Shown: positions 15,801 to 28,379 of the stretch, piece by piece
Numbering within the stretch: position 1 is the stretch's first letter
How the letters are laid out: the number at the start of each line of letters is the position of its first letter
Assembly (NCBI RefSeq): GCF_000150275.1
Contig: NW_002060961.1
Span: 1,216,826-1,280,825 of the forward strand
Length of the DNA: 64,000 nucleotides
Source: Trichoplax adhaerens
Taxonomy: Eukaryota > Animalia > Placozoa
Direction of reading: 5' to 3'
Made by a program: the position numbers and the translations under genes
Notes under the pieces: generated by a model
What the model was told of the DNA's origin: nothing
Databases searched by the model: none
Seen by the model: the letters and a program-made list of their open reading frames with translations, nothing else

Positions 15801-15922
15801 TACACACAAGATTTATACCTATGCTTTTGCGTCATGAAATGTATTCCATAAAGAGCAGCAATAGCAGCAAATGTGGATTTTTTCCAGTGTTTTCTCAACG
15901 TATAAAAGACTCCGTGATTCAT
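12834..15922 (-). CDS. AGK: Acylglycerol kinase, mitochondrial (DAGK-catalytic family); 14 coding exons, approx. 15922-15819, 15095-15056, 14968-14889, 14725-14650, 14561-14466, 14361-14329, 14225-14119, 13988-13835, 13767-13710, 13614-13438, 13363-13305, 13230-13187, 13078-13029, 12929-12834
   Basis: Spliced translation MNHGVFYTLRKHWKKSTFAAIAALYG...ANIVRRRLCQEAV...VVVFFNPKAGSG...AVPIFNLAGIDVV...DYVGQAK...IVIAGGSGTVMEVITG...PIGIIPLG...KWGIFRD...YWLFGPLKK...IDGEDYEAYPILIKLLPNHIQ aligns block by block, from recall, with human AGK (TLRNHWKK, RRAACQEA, FLNP, DYEGQAK, GGDG, PIGFIPLG, YWYLGPLK, IDSEEYEA). All introns are GT-AG and the frame is consistent. Confidence 0.93.
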
Positions 15923-16360
15923 ATTTCTCGATCGAATGCAACCATACCCCACAAGACCACTATTTAATTAATGATTCAACAACAATACAACACGATCGAC
16001 TATGTAGAACAGATGAATTCGATCTCTATCTCGTTTTTCGGATGGTAGAAACAAGTATTTCAACAGCTTCCAAGCGATGATCTTGCAGGCTAGCACGACT
16101 GCAAGATGAAACAACACAGTACGTTAATAAGGACATCCAACGATGTGCCATAGTACTACGCATGTAATATGACACTTACTTCCTTCTGATGACACCTTCA
16201 ATACGCCAGAAGATTAAGCATTCGACTCGTTTTCAAAAGTCATGGAGTGTAAAGACAGATTAGAACTTGCAAGATGCGAATGAATTCATGTAGAGCATCA
16301 AGTCTGCAGCCTTGGATTTGCAATTTCAAGCTAGCAGGTGATCCTTTAGCTCGCGGATGG

Positions 16361-16583
16361 TCTGTACAGTGTACAGTACTACAATCGAACAAATATACGG
16401 TAGCGGTGTACAGTACAGTTCTGCATACAGTACTGTACTGTACAGTACAGTTCTGCATACAGTACTGTACTGTACAGTACAGTCAACCGTAATAATTACA
16501 GTACATTTGTACAATGTACTGTACGGTACTGTACGAGACAGTGCCGTATTGTCCACATGTACTATACTGTACTGTACTGTACA
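16361..16583. repeat. TA(C[A/T]GTA)n island in the AGK/CCDC134 divergent promoter, including a 32-bp tandem duplication (16407-16483)
   Basis: tgtacagtacagttctgcatacagtactgtac starts at 16407 and 16439, with a partial copy at 16471. Many further TACAG/TACTG pentamers surround it. Confidence 0.9.
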
Positions 16584-16922
16584 ATGCTCGTCACCATGGT
16601 AAACTCGCTGTGTGCAATTGTAGATTACTAGGCAGCAAGCACCTAGAAGGCACGGCTACTATGGAGGATTCATTCAAAGTTAGAAAGAGAGAAAGGTTAC
16701 TGTCGAGAAAGGAACAAAAATTGGACAATAACTTCTGTATTTGGAAAGGTAGTTGTTGCAACAACTGAACACTGTCATTTGTAGTTTTGGGATTATCAAT
16801 GAACATTTTGAACGTTTGATTGCAGAGGTTACTGTTGAAGAATAAGGACATTGATTGATTTATTGACGTGGATTCTTGTTGATTTGGAGCGATTGGTGAT
16901 TGTAGCCTCCAAATTATCCAGT

Positions 16923-19098
16923 ATGTTGGTGCGATATTACGCTATCGTTGTCATACTTTCTTTCGCTGTTTTGGTATGGCCTTTAAAGGATTCTTCCACA
17001 AATACCAGCGACGATCCAACCACCAATGCGACCACTAGTCCAAGCCAACAACGTCTTGACAATCACAAGCTCAAAGAGGATGAATCCCAGCTACTGGCTT
17101 GTATCTTTATAAGTGTGACTAAGTTGTTATTTTGTTACAATTTCGCGCAGTTACGTGTAGAAAAAATACAGTAATTAGCAATGGCGAGTTGTTACTTGTA
17201 GATGAGCTTATAACGCCTATTTTGGAGGCTACAACACGTAGTCGAAATCACAGAGGAATGCGTATGCTGACATCTTTTGATATTAAAATACACAGTAGTC
17301 GTGTAAAGGAATAGATACTCTCACATTAAAATATTCCTTTATTTTATTGCTCGCTCTCGTGGTTATTTTCGTTAACTTGGTATTTGCTCTAATGCCATTG
17401 ACATACTTGTACTATTGTCGTACAAATGGGCTAGCAGATCGTAAATTATTCGCATTGAGACGTAGGCAACAAACCGATGCTCTAATCGCAATAAGCAAGT
17501 TCAAGGCCTACACCAAGCAATACAAAATGGCGGAAGCAATGATCCAAAAAATCTTTGAGGTCTGTTTTTGAGTTCACATAGTAGCGCTTATGGTTACTAG
17601 TTTTAAGGGATAAAGTGATGGCATCAATTTAACAATTTTAAAGGCAACTACGGTAGTCTCCATTGCTCAATTCTACTTTCGTCATCCATAGCTTACTAGC
17701 TATGGATATATATGGTATACATTTAGTCTGTGTATAACTCAACATTGCGTGTACGAAGTAGGCTAAAATGACTTGCAACTAAAAGCAGTATCCTATCCTT
17801 ATTATAGGTACTATTTGAATCGAAAGCTGTCATTATTGATACTGGATATATACCGGAGATGGCTTTCCCTAAAGATGAAAAAATTCGTGATGGTTAGCTA
17901 CAAATGCCCATTTTCTCATTTCGAACCAAAATAGAAGCTTTGTTATAAATAATAACGTACTCGTGCAATACAGTACTATAGTAGTATTGAAATTTTTAGT
18001 TAAGCTATGTTGATCATCTTGCGTTACTTTCCTTGTAGTGATATCAACGCATTAACTAGCCTTATGTAATAGTAACTTCTATCTGATTAGCTATATCCAA
18101 GATATATGAAAATACTGCCTTTTTCGGTGAAATTGCCCTAAGATTACCAGATATTACTCATAAGGTGAGTCAATGAGCTGATGCTCGCTCAAGTCTTTTC
18201 TAGTTACTGTAGCACCCACTTTACTGGTAGACTTATACTTAACTTTGCATCAAATAAGGCTATATTTTTATATGTCATCCATGATAGTTGGTTATTGATA
18301 TATTTAAATGCAATCATACATCGAGGAGTATTTCCTATAACTTCTGCATCCGACCGCTTTAGCCTCTTTAAACGATTGACATCTTATATTACGTATCATT
18401 TTCCGTGATAACAATGGATGCGGTTACTTGCATAGTTATTATGAGTATTTAGGACTTTTATCTTATGTATTTAAGATATATGATAGGAAAACAGAATGGA
18501 GATATGCCATTCACTGGAGTGTCGGATTTTGTAATGATTCTGTTTCAATATTCCATGGTCCACACAAGAAATTACTAAATTTAGTAAGGATTTCTATTCA
18601 GTGTGTTTAACCTCCCGCTCATTTTATTAATGTATTACACATTTTCACTGCTTTATTTATTGAAAATTTTGAATAGATGTCTCAAGAGTTGAAACTTATT
18701 CCAAGAGATGCTAACTATGTTAATCCCTATAGCAAGAAAGAAAATGATCGTGAGAAAATGGTAATATCCAGTTAGTTATTCATAAGTAAAACTGCAGTAC
18801 AGCAAAATATGTGCCATGTGCCGCGTGTAGTCCTTTGTCGTATATAAGATGTACTTATGCATACTGTTATGTCAGAAATGTACACTTTCGTTATAATTAC
18901 AAAAGTTTATATATGGTAATGAATATCCACACTTAATTAGATTAACTGATAAATTTCGCTGACATTCTCTTACTCCGTTTTCAGAATAAGGAACAATTAG
19001 ACCATAAACTGAAGAGTAAGGCTCAGTCATCGAAATCAAAATCTAGATCTAAAAAAAACAAAAGGAAGAAAAGAAAATCCAAGAAGACTGAACTATAA
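16923..19098 (+). CDS. CCDC134: CCDC134 (ER-luminal protein), canonical copy; exons 16923-17100, 17438-17559, 17808-17892, 18091-18164, 18476-18583, 18677-18760, 18985-19098
   Basis: Signal peptide [61 protein letters not shown] (human [29 protein letters not shown]); W...HWSVGFCN; MSQEL...YVNPY; basic tail ending in KTEL* (KDEL-like ER retention signal). Confidence 0.92.
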
Positions 19099-19261
19099 AT
19101 ATATAATTTTCCTGACACGACTGTAATATAATTAATATTGCAGCGTGTAACATTTTTTAAATCCGATTGTGAAACTTTCTCTTTGTATTATTTTCAGTAT
19201 TAATATGCAGAATTAATACTGTATCGAAAGATACATGAAGAATAAGGCAAATTCTTTTGCC

Positions 19262-19935
19262 TTATGCTATGTGCCATTTTTCCATGATGAACTTGTCAGA
19301 ATTTATCAAAGTACATTTAACGTGTTGAATAATGGTGAATTCAGTTAATATCTCATACGCTGATAAGCAAAGGGTTCTTTTGTGATCTTTTATAATGCTC
19401 TGCTGATCATGTATAACATAGCCAGTTATTGAATCGGTGAGAAATATCGCGCAATAAACCAAGTGATGTCCGATCAAAAAATCCATTGTATTAGTTATTA
19501 TGCAGTAGTAATCCATCGTTAAGGAAGATCTGCAGTTATAAAGTCAACAATATATGAATAAACCCCTACATTAAATTCGAACTAATTAAATTATTAAAAC
19601 GATGAATAAAAATATACCTCACTACATGCTTATTTGTTCACGTGAAGTAGTGAGTGTCGAATCAAAGGTTATTTTATGTCAAGGATAAATGATCTCTATC
19701 GTACTTTACTGGGAAATAAGAAAACGATTAAATAGCAAATAACATCATCAATCATTAATGATACATTTAAATTTGCCTCTAGATGAAGCAATCAATTATT
19801 GTAGCAATGATATTTTGCCAGAGATGAACAATGCCCTTGTCTTTCTATCTAAACATGCCTAATCCCTTACCTGGTTATATATTGTTACGAGATTACGATC
19901 GATGCATAATTAGTTTATTTATGATTACAAGCTGA
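19262..19935 (-). other. Splice-signal-bounded segments antisense between the CCDC134 paralogs (lncRNA or pseudogene)
   Basis: Acceptor TTCTTTCAG (~19932), donor CAG|GTAAGG (~19870), acceptor TTTCCCAG (~19709), donor GAG|GTATAT (~19617), acceptor AACTGCAG (~19530). The two internal exons have stops in all frames. Confidence 0.35.
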
Positions 19936-22031
19936 AAGAATTGATTGTTCCAGCTTATATCATTACGGTATTATAATAATTATCTGTATCGATATTACAT
20001 TTATTTCCGTACGTACGGATATATATTATCTATAAGCTAATCATGTAATCCACTCTCAATTAGCAATAAACGCACGGCTTCAGCGTGACCGTCTTCAAAA
20101 GATGTTCGTTAAAAAAAAATAATGAAAACACTATAATATAGTCTAAATTCACTAGGACTGGATAACTTCTGTCCATTTTTACATCAACCTAGACTAGTAA
20201 TGATAAGTATTTGAGAATAATTACTACGGGATGGGGATGAGTGTACTAAATTTTTCCCTATTCACTTTAGCTTAGTGGATAAAACCAATTTTCATATTAT
20301 ATTGACACAGTAGACAAGAATATACCTCAACAGGATCCCTTAGATAGACTATCATATATGTTTTTATTATTTTTTTGCAAATTAGTATACACTTCAATAA
20401 TTCTTAGATGCAGCACGTATAAAGACACGTTTAGATAATGTACGTAATCTTAATTTAAATATGCCCCAATTTTCTTTATCTACTGTAATTGGTACAGCGG
20501 ACAAGAATATTCAGTGTAGCATTGAGGATCCATTGATACAGTAATTTAGCATCTAAACTATTTGTCTAATATTCTTTTAAGTGTAGTGACAGTAAAGGTA
20601 GCTATTGCCAAATTGATTATCTTCATTATAGAAGACAGGAATGGACGTTGTTACGGCCTATTATTCCGCTCTAGTTACTGTTATTGGTCATTTCTTACTG
20701 CCAACTGAAATTATTACAATTCAAGAAAAGTTAACAAATGTAATTGATTTTCTCTACCATTTATAACTGGTAAAAGTTCCCCATTGAAAAGAGTTATTCC
20801 CCAATTTCCTCTCTATAGTGCATTACAAGGGGAGAATGTGCATTTTTGTAGTCGTTTATTACGTACTGCCAGATGTAATAACAATTAGTGATGATTAATA
20901 ACATCCTAATAACAAATTTATATTCATTTTTCTCTACGATTTATAGCTATCATTTTGGGCCTTAATGAATTGATTCTTCTAACGTGGACCGACAGCTTGA
21001 CAGAGTTATCCAAATTGTTTTTTTAGCATAGCCATTAAATTGTAAATTATAAATGTCGCTATCGGCCAATCAGAAATTAACGCGTATTAAAATGTATCCA
21101 ACTGTTTCAGTTGGCTAAGATCATCGCTGCAAATTGTAATGCATTGTCGTGCAAGAGTCGGCATATAGCGCTCCGAATAATAGATTAAGCATTATTTTCA
21201 ACTAGTAAATTACCCTGGATTACGCGACTTTCAACACTGTGTCACTATTTTCTGTAGTTATACTATACTTTAGTTCTAGAGAATAGGAAGGAAGTTGTAA
21301 TTTCTATTTATCGAAATCGCTATTGCTTTGTTGTATCCTCCATTGATAATTGAATCTGGATGTTCTCATACTTTCATAACAATATCATTCCTGGTGAGAA
21401 CTTTTATTGTCCTTGATAATCAAGTCCGTAGGTAAACATTGTAAGTAAAGATTCTTCTTTCTAGGCCTTTGTTATGGTAAATATGGCTATTGAGAATACT
21501 ATCATGATTACTTAGACATCCTCGTTTTCGGGACAAAATTTCCTGGGACATCATTCATATTTCTGTAGTCGATTGAATAGAATTTTAACCTGTCTTTAGT
21601 TGGAGCTTGTTATAAATAGTCATTGATGCTGCTGTGAGCACAGTTGCATCTATTTGTCATAGCCCCAACAACCCGACAAGTGGTCAGCGTTGATGTCTCT
21701 GCATTGAATTACATTAACGACAATTGTGTCTGGCGGCCTAGCGCAAAAATTAATTAACTTATATTGGTTTACCTATCCTAGATCGCTATTTAAAGAACGA
21801 GTTCGCAGCGAGGACCACCAATAACTCACTCAATTGCCTTGAATCTTAGTTGAATGACAATTGATTAAAGATAATTTAGATTGAAGTTGATCGCAGTGAT
21901 TGGAAACGTTGTCATTGAATTATTTGTCATACCGTATACAGTACACTCTAATTGATCAAAAGTGATCTTATCAAGTACAGCAAGTAAAATCATCCATCTT
22001 TGACGAGAAGTTTATAGTTGAACTAAAGAAA

Positions 22032-25024
22032 ATGAAGTCAGTCTGGAAGTTTTCCTATTTTTTACTCATCGTAATGGCACTAGTTGTTAGCGGAGAAGAG
22101 AAAACGGAAGAGAAACAGGAGGAAAAATCCGATCAAAGCACGACAGAGGCAGCAGATACACCAGAAGATATCGTTAAAAAATGTAGGTACACGTACAGTA
22201 TGATGGGCATTTTTATAATTTATGTTGAACACTCTAGAAAAATCTTTACTGGCTGCGAATACATTAAAAGTTTGTACAAGCTTCATTAGCAAAATTCAAT
22301 TCGCTGGGGAGTATTAAATGGCTATGATATTGCTAATGATGAGTGTACAATTACTTCTTTCTCGTGCATTTCATATTCATACTAATATGTGCCTGCTGCA
22401 TACGGTACGATTTTCTGTCTACAAAGTTGGCTTCAAGGTAGTTTATGTGCAGAATATATCTATTTACGTATCTTACCCGGTTGCAGGAAGAGACTGTTAA
22501 AATAATTCAGCTTTTCCAACGTTTTACTGTTCGAATTATTTGCTACGTGAATCAAACGCAGTAATGGATATTAGAATGCTTCCTGGCAATAAAAAAGTTG
22601 CTAATGTACGAAAACGAGAAAGATTTACATTTCGATTCCAGTCGTATGTTACATTTAGCAACGCCTTTTGTAAACAGAGTATTAATTAATTAAACATCCG
22701 TCACCCAACTCTGTGATTGATAGAACATGAACAAAATTAACTACTCTTTATTGCTATGTAATGATAGACGTGAATTTAATATTAAAGCCATTAAGATTTA
22801 TCTCCAGGTGTAGGTAACTCAATGATAGAATTCGCAAAATAGCCCATATAATTAATTTTTCACTCTGCTTCTTCAGGAGATACTAATGTGGCCTACATCT
22901 ATCTATGCCTTAATTTTACATGCATTATAATGAGAAATGAATGTTTTTTTGTATACTTATTAACAGTTGCATTATTTACATTTCTCTAATACAGTTAAAG
23001 AGCAAATTGAGGAACTGAGGAAGGATCAATTTGAAAGAATCAAAATAATTGCTAGCCTCCAACTAGAAGATGATCGGAAAACCTACGTTCAATATCTTTT
23101 CAATACTAGCGTCAAGGTAGTTTATAGCTAACTAGAATGTCATAACTTTGGAGATAGCATTAAGAATATATACGTACAATTAATCACGACGTAAATAATT
23201 ACAATCAAAATGTCAGCCAAATTAAAGATATCGATTTGATCGTACGTATTACCTTAAAGCTTAATATAATAACGATACCATTAATTAGTTAATATTTAAT
23301 GCTATTGATTTTAGTAGAGGTGTTTCATACTTTAATCCTGAAAATAATAGCATAAAAATAGGCATGCCGTTAATTAGCCATCTAAAAGAGTTAGTATTAA
23401 CAGAGTTGATTGCATTTGAAATAGTTACTTTGAGCATATACATGACCGTACATCCGTCGAGTAAAGTATTTAATTACTACCATCATTGACTCGATAAATA
23501 TCTTGTAAGCAGTGCTTTAATTTTCCGTCAGTTGTAGTTAGATTTAATATCAGGCTAGTTTTGGTAACGATAAAATCTTGATGTCATTACATAGATAATC
23601 CGCATTACGAGCTTTCATCAGTTACCTTAATTTAATTACTGTATTTATTTTCAGGGTTTTACAGAATTGAAAAAGGCGGTGGATGAAGCCGGCTATACAT
23701 CAGATATGCCATTGCCAATGGATAAAAATTTGACTGGAGGTACATATTATGTAATAATGATTAACTGTAAAATCGATCATGCTAGCTTCGTCATTAAAGT
23801 TAGAGATTGAGCTAGTAGTTGTAACACAAAAAGCGGTGTTTTATTAAAGAATCACAAATTTTAGCATACATTACTTCTTGCTGTGGGAAGCTAGCTTGTC
23901 TAGTATACGCTATTGTCCTAATGCAGTAGTACCACGGCCAAGTTTTATGCTTATTTTTGTACTTTTCTAAAGATATTATGAATTATCTTTCAGCTATTGC
24001 GGTAATTTTTGAAAATACCCTGTTCATTTCTGAAATTGCCGCTCGAATTTTTAAAGTTACACGAGACGTGAGTTTAGATTGTAATTTTGATTTTTTTTTG
24101 GGGGGGGGGTGTGTCGAATTGATATAGCATGGAATAATTTAGCTTAATCATCATTTTGCTTTGTATTCGCATATACAGTTAATTAGCGAGAATCCAGAAT
24201 ACTCTGATTCTTTCAAGTGGGCTGTAGAATTTTGTCAGAAGTCTAAATCCCTACTTAGTGAATCGGATAAGAATATTTTAGATGTGGTAAGTAGTAAATT
24301 TTTACTCAATGTCGCTTGTATATTCTTCAGCATGATTACATTTCTATATACGGATCTCAAGAAATGAGACATTGTTTATAGACGGTATGATAACAATTTT
24401 AATCTTCATGACATTATGTTCAGGCTGCGAAAGAGTTTAGCATAGTACCACGCGAAGCATCATATCAAAATCCTTTCATTGGCTGGCAGGAAGAGGTAAT
24501 TTCTCAGGGTGACAAAATTTCATCTATACATGTAGTATTGCAGTATAATTAAGTACTCTGGATGCTTGGACAACATCGTAATGAAAATTTGATTTGGGGT
24601 TGTACTAGGCCAACTAAGTGCATTATCATATACGATAGTATAATTATATAATTTGTTTGCGTACTAGTAGTATATCGATGATCGGCCTCTTCAATACTCT
24701 TAAAACGTTTTAGTGTCTAGAATAAGTTATATTTATCACAACACAAAGAATAGATCAGTGCATAGCTATTCATGTCTGCTAGCAGTCTTTTAAAATGCCT
24801 ACAATTACTATACTGGAACCGTGTACGCTAAATTGAACGATATTGAAGTGTATCGAGGTTACTGCTTACAATTTTACACGCTCAAATTTAAAAGTTTTAC
24901 TAATTATGTAATAGCCCTGTTTATAATTTACAATTCCTCATTTTTTTTATAGGTTTTTGATAATCAACCGAAATATCGCTATAAGGACTTCAAAAAGGAG
25001 CAACAACGAAAGGAAGAACTTTAA
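22032..25024 (+). CDS. CCDC134-like paralog (diverged tandem duplicate); exons 22032-22182, 22995-23116, 23655-23739, 23994-24067, 24179-24286, 24424-24495, 24953-25024
   Basis: Signal peptide, then GYTSDMPLP, AIAVIFENTLFISEIAARI, KWAVEFCQ, AKEFSIVPREASYQNPF and a KEEL* C-terminus. Internal exon lengths 122/85/74/108 nt and intron phases are identical to the upstream CCDC134. Confidence 0.88.
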
Positions 25025-26260
25025 TATCATGTTAAAAAAAAATTATATTTAATGTATCGCTTAATACGTACACAATCTCTGAACTGGTAGCTCGAATATC
25101 AGTGCTGGATTGGCATCATTATTTTTTGTAATTTAAACTAATTGAAATTGAGGTAGTGCTTCTTATTACAATTCTCAAATCGAGTGTCCAGGTGGTTTAG
25201 CTAATATTATAAATTGTTTCACTATACATACCGTTTGCATATTTATCGTAGGAATTACAAGCCTGCAATAAAGTTTACCTTACTTTTGTGTAAGTATAAT
25301 TTTACTTTGCCTGGATTTTTGTCCTACAATGCACAAGATATTCTACGAGATAACTACTAGTCGAATGGCCTTTATCTGAACATCGAAGTAATGAGCTACT
25401 AGATTAACGATTGTAATGTAGCAATAGACGTTACAATATGATCTTTTTAATTGAAAATTATCAACGAAAGCATATACTTCTGAATGAAATGTAATTTTAA
25501 TTACAGTACGATATAAAATGACAATTTCCACGAGTTTCATTAGTAATTTCAACATTGCCTTCATGCTCTGAAGATCGTTGACGAATGTGCTGTAATGTGC
25601 AAATACTATATTTGTAAAATACGAAAATGTACCGATAAGCTTACAATTAACGATAATAGGACTCCTAAATTAATGGTTACACAAATAGCTTTCTGCTAGT
25701 TCATTCAAGCTGCACTACAGTAACCGTCTGAGAACCGATTAGTAGAATATGAATCGGCTAACGAGTAACATCAGTAGCGATTACTTCTTAACCCTACTGA
25801 ACAGTGACCACTACCCCTTTTTTGTAGTAATAATTATTATCCAATTCAATTATGTATCAGTACATTAAAAAGGGGAAATTACTGTACCATCTTGAGCTTG
25901 TATTTTTAGTCTAAATTTTAGCCACCTGTCTTAAGCATAAGCTAATGCCAAGTTCACAATAATAAAGTATAAGGAACACATCCAAAGCAGAAATAGCAAT
26001 TCTTGTTGTAATTTTCATATTTCTAGACTCGACTACAAAGATCTTTAACTGCACTATGGTAAAACATTATGCTCGATCGAAGTCAAAAGATACTAATAAG
26101 ATAATACTGTACGTGTATAAAATAAAAATACATTAGCTTAGCACCTCCAGCTTCTCATGACACTATCATATATTATATCATCTCTCAGGAAGAGGACAAC
26201 GTTTTCATTTATTTAAAGCGTTACACATTTATTGAGGAATCTGCATTACGAAATGTACAC

Positions 26261-27393
26261 TTAAATTTCCATAGCGTCAATTGTCTCCTTATTCGACACG
26301 TAAATTCCATCGAGAAATTTGCGGATATCTTTCGCTTTGACCGTCGTTGATTGTTGGAGAAGAGCAGCTAATGGAAAAAATGATTTTAGTTAATAAGGAA
26401 GAATTTATGATGAAGTAAATTTAGCGCGATGATTAAGAAAACGTTGGTAAATTTTACTTACCCGATTGCGAAACAAGTTCGATGTCATTGCCTGATACAG
26501 TATATTCATCCTTTTGCTTTTGGGATACTTTACAAGTTACACCATCTCTCATTCTTACTCGTCTGATAACTTTCTCCCCCAAAAAGTTTCTAATCTCAAC
26601 TAGTTTACCATCTTCGGTAATATTGACGTTGATTGGGAAATGGGCATATACTGATCTCATTCTGTAAAGATAGCCCTTTTAAGGAAATAAATTAAGTATA
26701 GGATCAATAATCCAACGTATAGCATCATTGTTTTTACGATTTTAACTATTATCGTTACATGTATGATATAGGGAAAATTTTATCCCATGCATTCAAGGGA
26801 AAAGTTGAAATGTCATCATCACAGGTGGCTTCGTTAAATAGAACTTACATATGTAACGCCTTTAATCATATTTTCGATATGGCTGCAAACAGTGCGAACA
26901 CAGGCCAATTCTCGTCTGTCGGCGAACCAGACATCTACTCTTAATTTTTTACCGATCACCTTTAGTTCCAATTTCAGGTGTTTAAATTCTCGGCTTAGAG
27001 TACCTCGTTTACCACTGACGGTAATCTTTCGCCTACTGGCTTTAATGGTAACTGTAAAATATGTCAAACGATTAAAATTAGCAACGAGCACTCCCGTCAT
27101 GCTTGGAAAGTTACCGACAGTAACGTAACGCATCAAACTTGCATTCTATCCTAATCTGAATACACTGTAACGTCAAACTCACTACCATAGCTTATACAAT
27201 TTGCGTTAATAGATAGGCTACAATGCAAAGTTTGAAAATTTGCGTATTTGACTAGAAGAAAACATCGGTTCTCCATCCATGCATCGAACAACTAAACACT
27301 GGTGAATATGTTCATTTTTCGAATCTACAATTGAGATTTTGACTTACTATCGTCAGGAATCTTGACGTATGCAGTAGACAATATGGTCTTCAT
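26261..27393 (-). CDS. RPL9: 60S ribosomal protein L9 (uL6); coding exons 27393-27348, 27051-26849, 26675-26462, 26367-26261
   Basis: [41 protein letters not shown]...[36 protein letters not shown]...[10 protein letters not shown]...[35 protein letters not shown]; AATAAA on the minus strand at 26228-26233. Confidence 0.97.
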
Positions 27394-28335
27394 GGCTATT
27401 AGTAGTTTAAAAAGAAATAGCAGCATTAATGACACAGTCCTTAAGTTTTTTAAGCTAAAATAGTTTATGTTAGATAATGAGGGAATGGTAGTTTATGGAG
27501 TTTGCAGTTGATGATTGATGAGTCTGAGACGTAATTCAAATGTAGTCGCAGAAGAGATAGTACCACCACACAAGCATTGGTATCTGATTCATTTTAAGCA
27601 ATATAATGAATTTAGCACAAAGAATAGATAATTATACCGCCATGATCTGATATCGAGCAGCAATATGGGAAACTTTTTATCCTACGCTATTGCAGACTAT
27701 CATCAGCTAATCCAAGGACTCAAACTGATCGTTTTTGTATCATGATTGGACTACGATTGTATGAGACTAAGGGCGATCGCATATTATTTCCTCTTCTACA
27801 CTACTATAAGATCTTCGTCGCATGTATCCTAAATAATGCGTCGTAGTAATATGAAGTTATCTAAGTTATTGAATCAAGAGGTATCGAACGATTTCCTGTT
27901 GCAATTATTGTACCACTAGGTATACCAGTCTACAGCATTTCAACTGATCGTCATAGTCGTGTTGAAAATGATAATGCGATGAACGTTGTAATCCAAATTG
28001 CCTACTGTATTTCAGTAATGATGACTTTACTCTTTGGATAATTCACAATCATCTCTCTCTATCTATACTACTAAGTCATAACAAACTGGCCAAATTGAAT
28101 CAAAATTACAGTCGACCAACACGACGATTCGTGGCGATTTGGTCAGCCATTTTATAAATAGGCAAAAGCATCAAGGGTAAAATGATGAAGCGAACAACTA
28201 GTAATCGCTCCATTTGAACATCAAATAAGTCAATCTAACTATAAAATCAATCATTCTGACTGGGAAAAAGCATGATTAGTGGTAAAAGTAGTTGGGATTG
28301 GCAAGATATCGACATGATGATTGGATCAGACATAC

Positions 28336-28379
28336 CTGCAACGAAATCCACATGAACGCGAAGGGCTGGAAAAAAGGAA
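28336..28379 (-). promoter_or_regulatory. RPL9 5' leader exon starting with a TCT/5'TOP pyrimidine tract
   Basis: Minus strand reads TTCCTTTTTTCCAGCC...TTGCAG|GTATGT, a polypyrimidine start typical of ribosomal protein genes followed by a strong donor. The matching acceptor CTAATAG lies 2 nt before the RPL9 ATG (intron about 27396-28335). Confidence 0.7.

Noticed and set aside
16240-16851. Overlapping Cys/Thr/Val/Tyr-rich ORFs (also at 28391-29998 and 33051-33565)
   Set aside because: These are translation artefacts of stop-poor TACAG repeats and tandem arrays on both strands.
22768-22808. Possible extra exon in CCDC134-like intron 1
   Set aside because: Its ~41-nt length would break the frame, and it has no counterpart in the paralog's exon structure.
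26676-28335. snoRNAs in RPL9 introns (GTGATGA C-box-like word near 26815-26823)
   Set aside because: I found no properly spaced CTGA D box with a terminal stem, and no convincing H/ACA fold.
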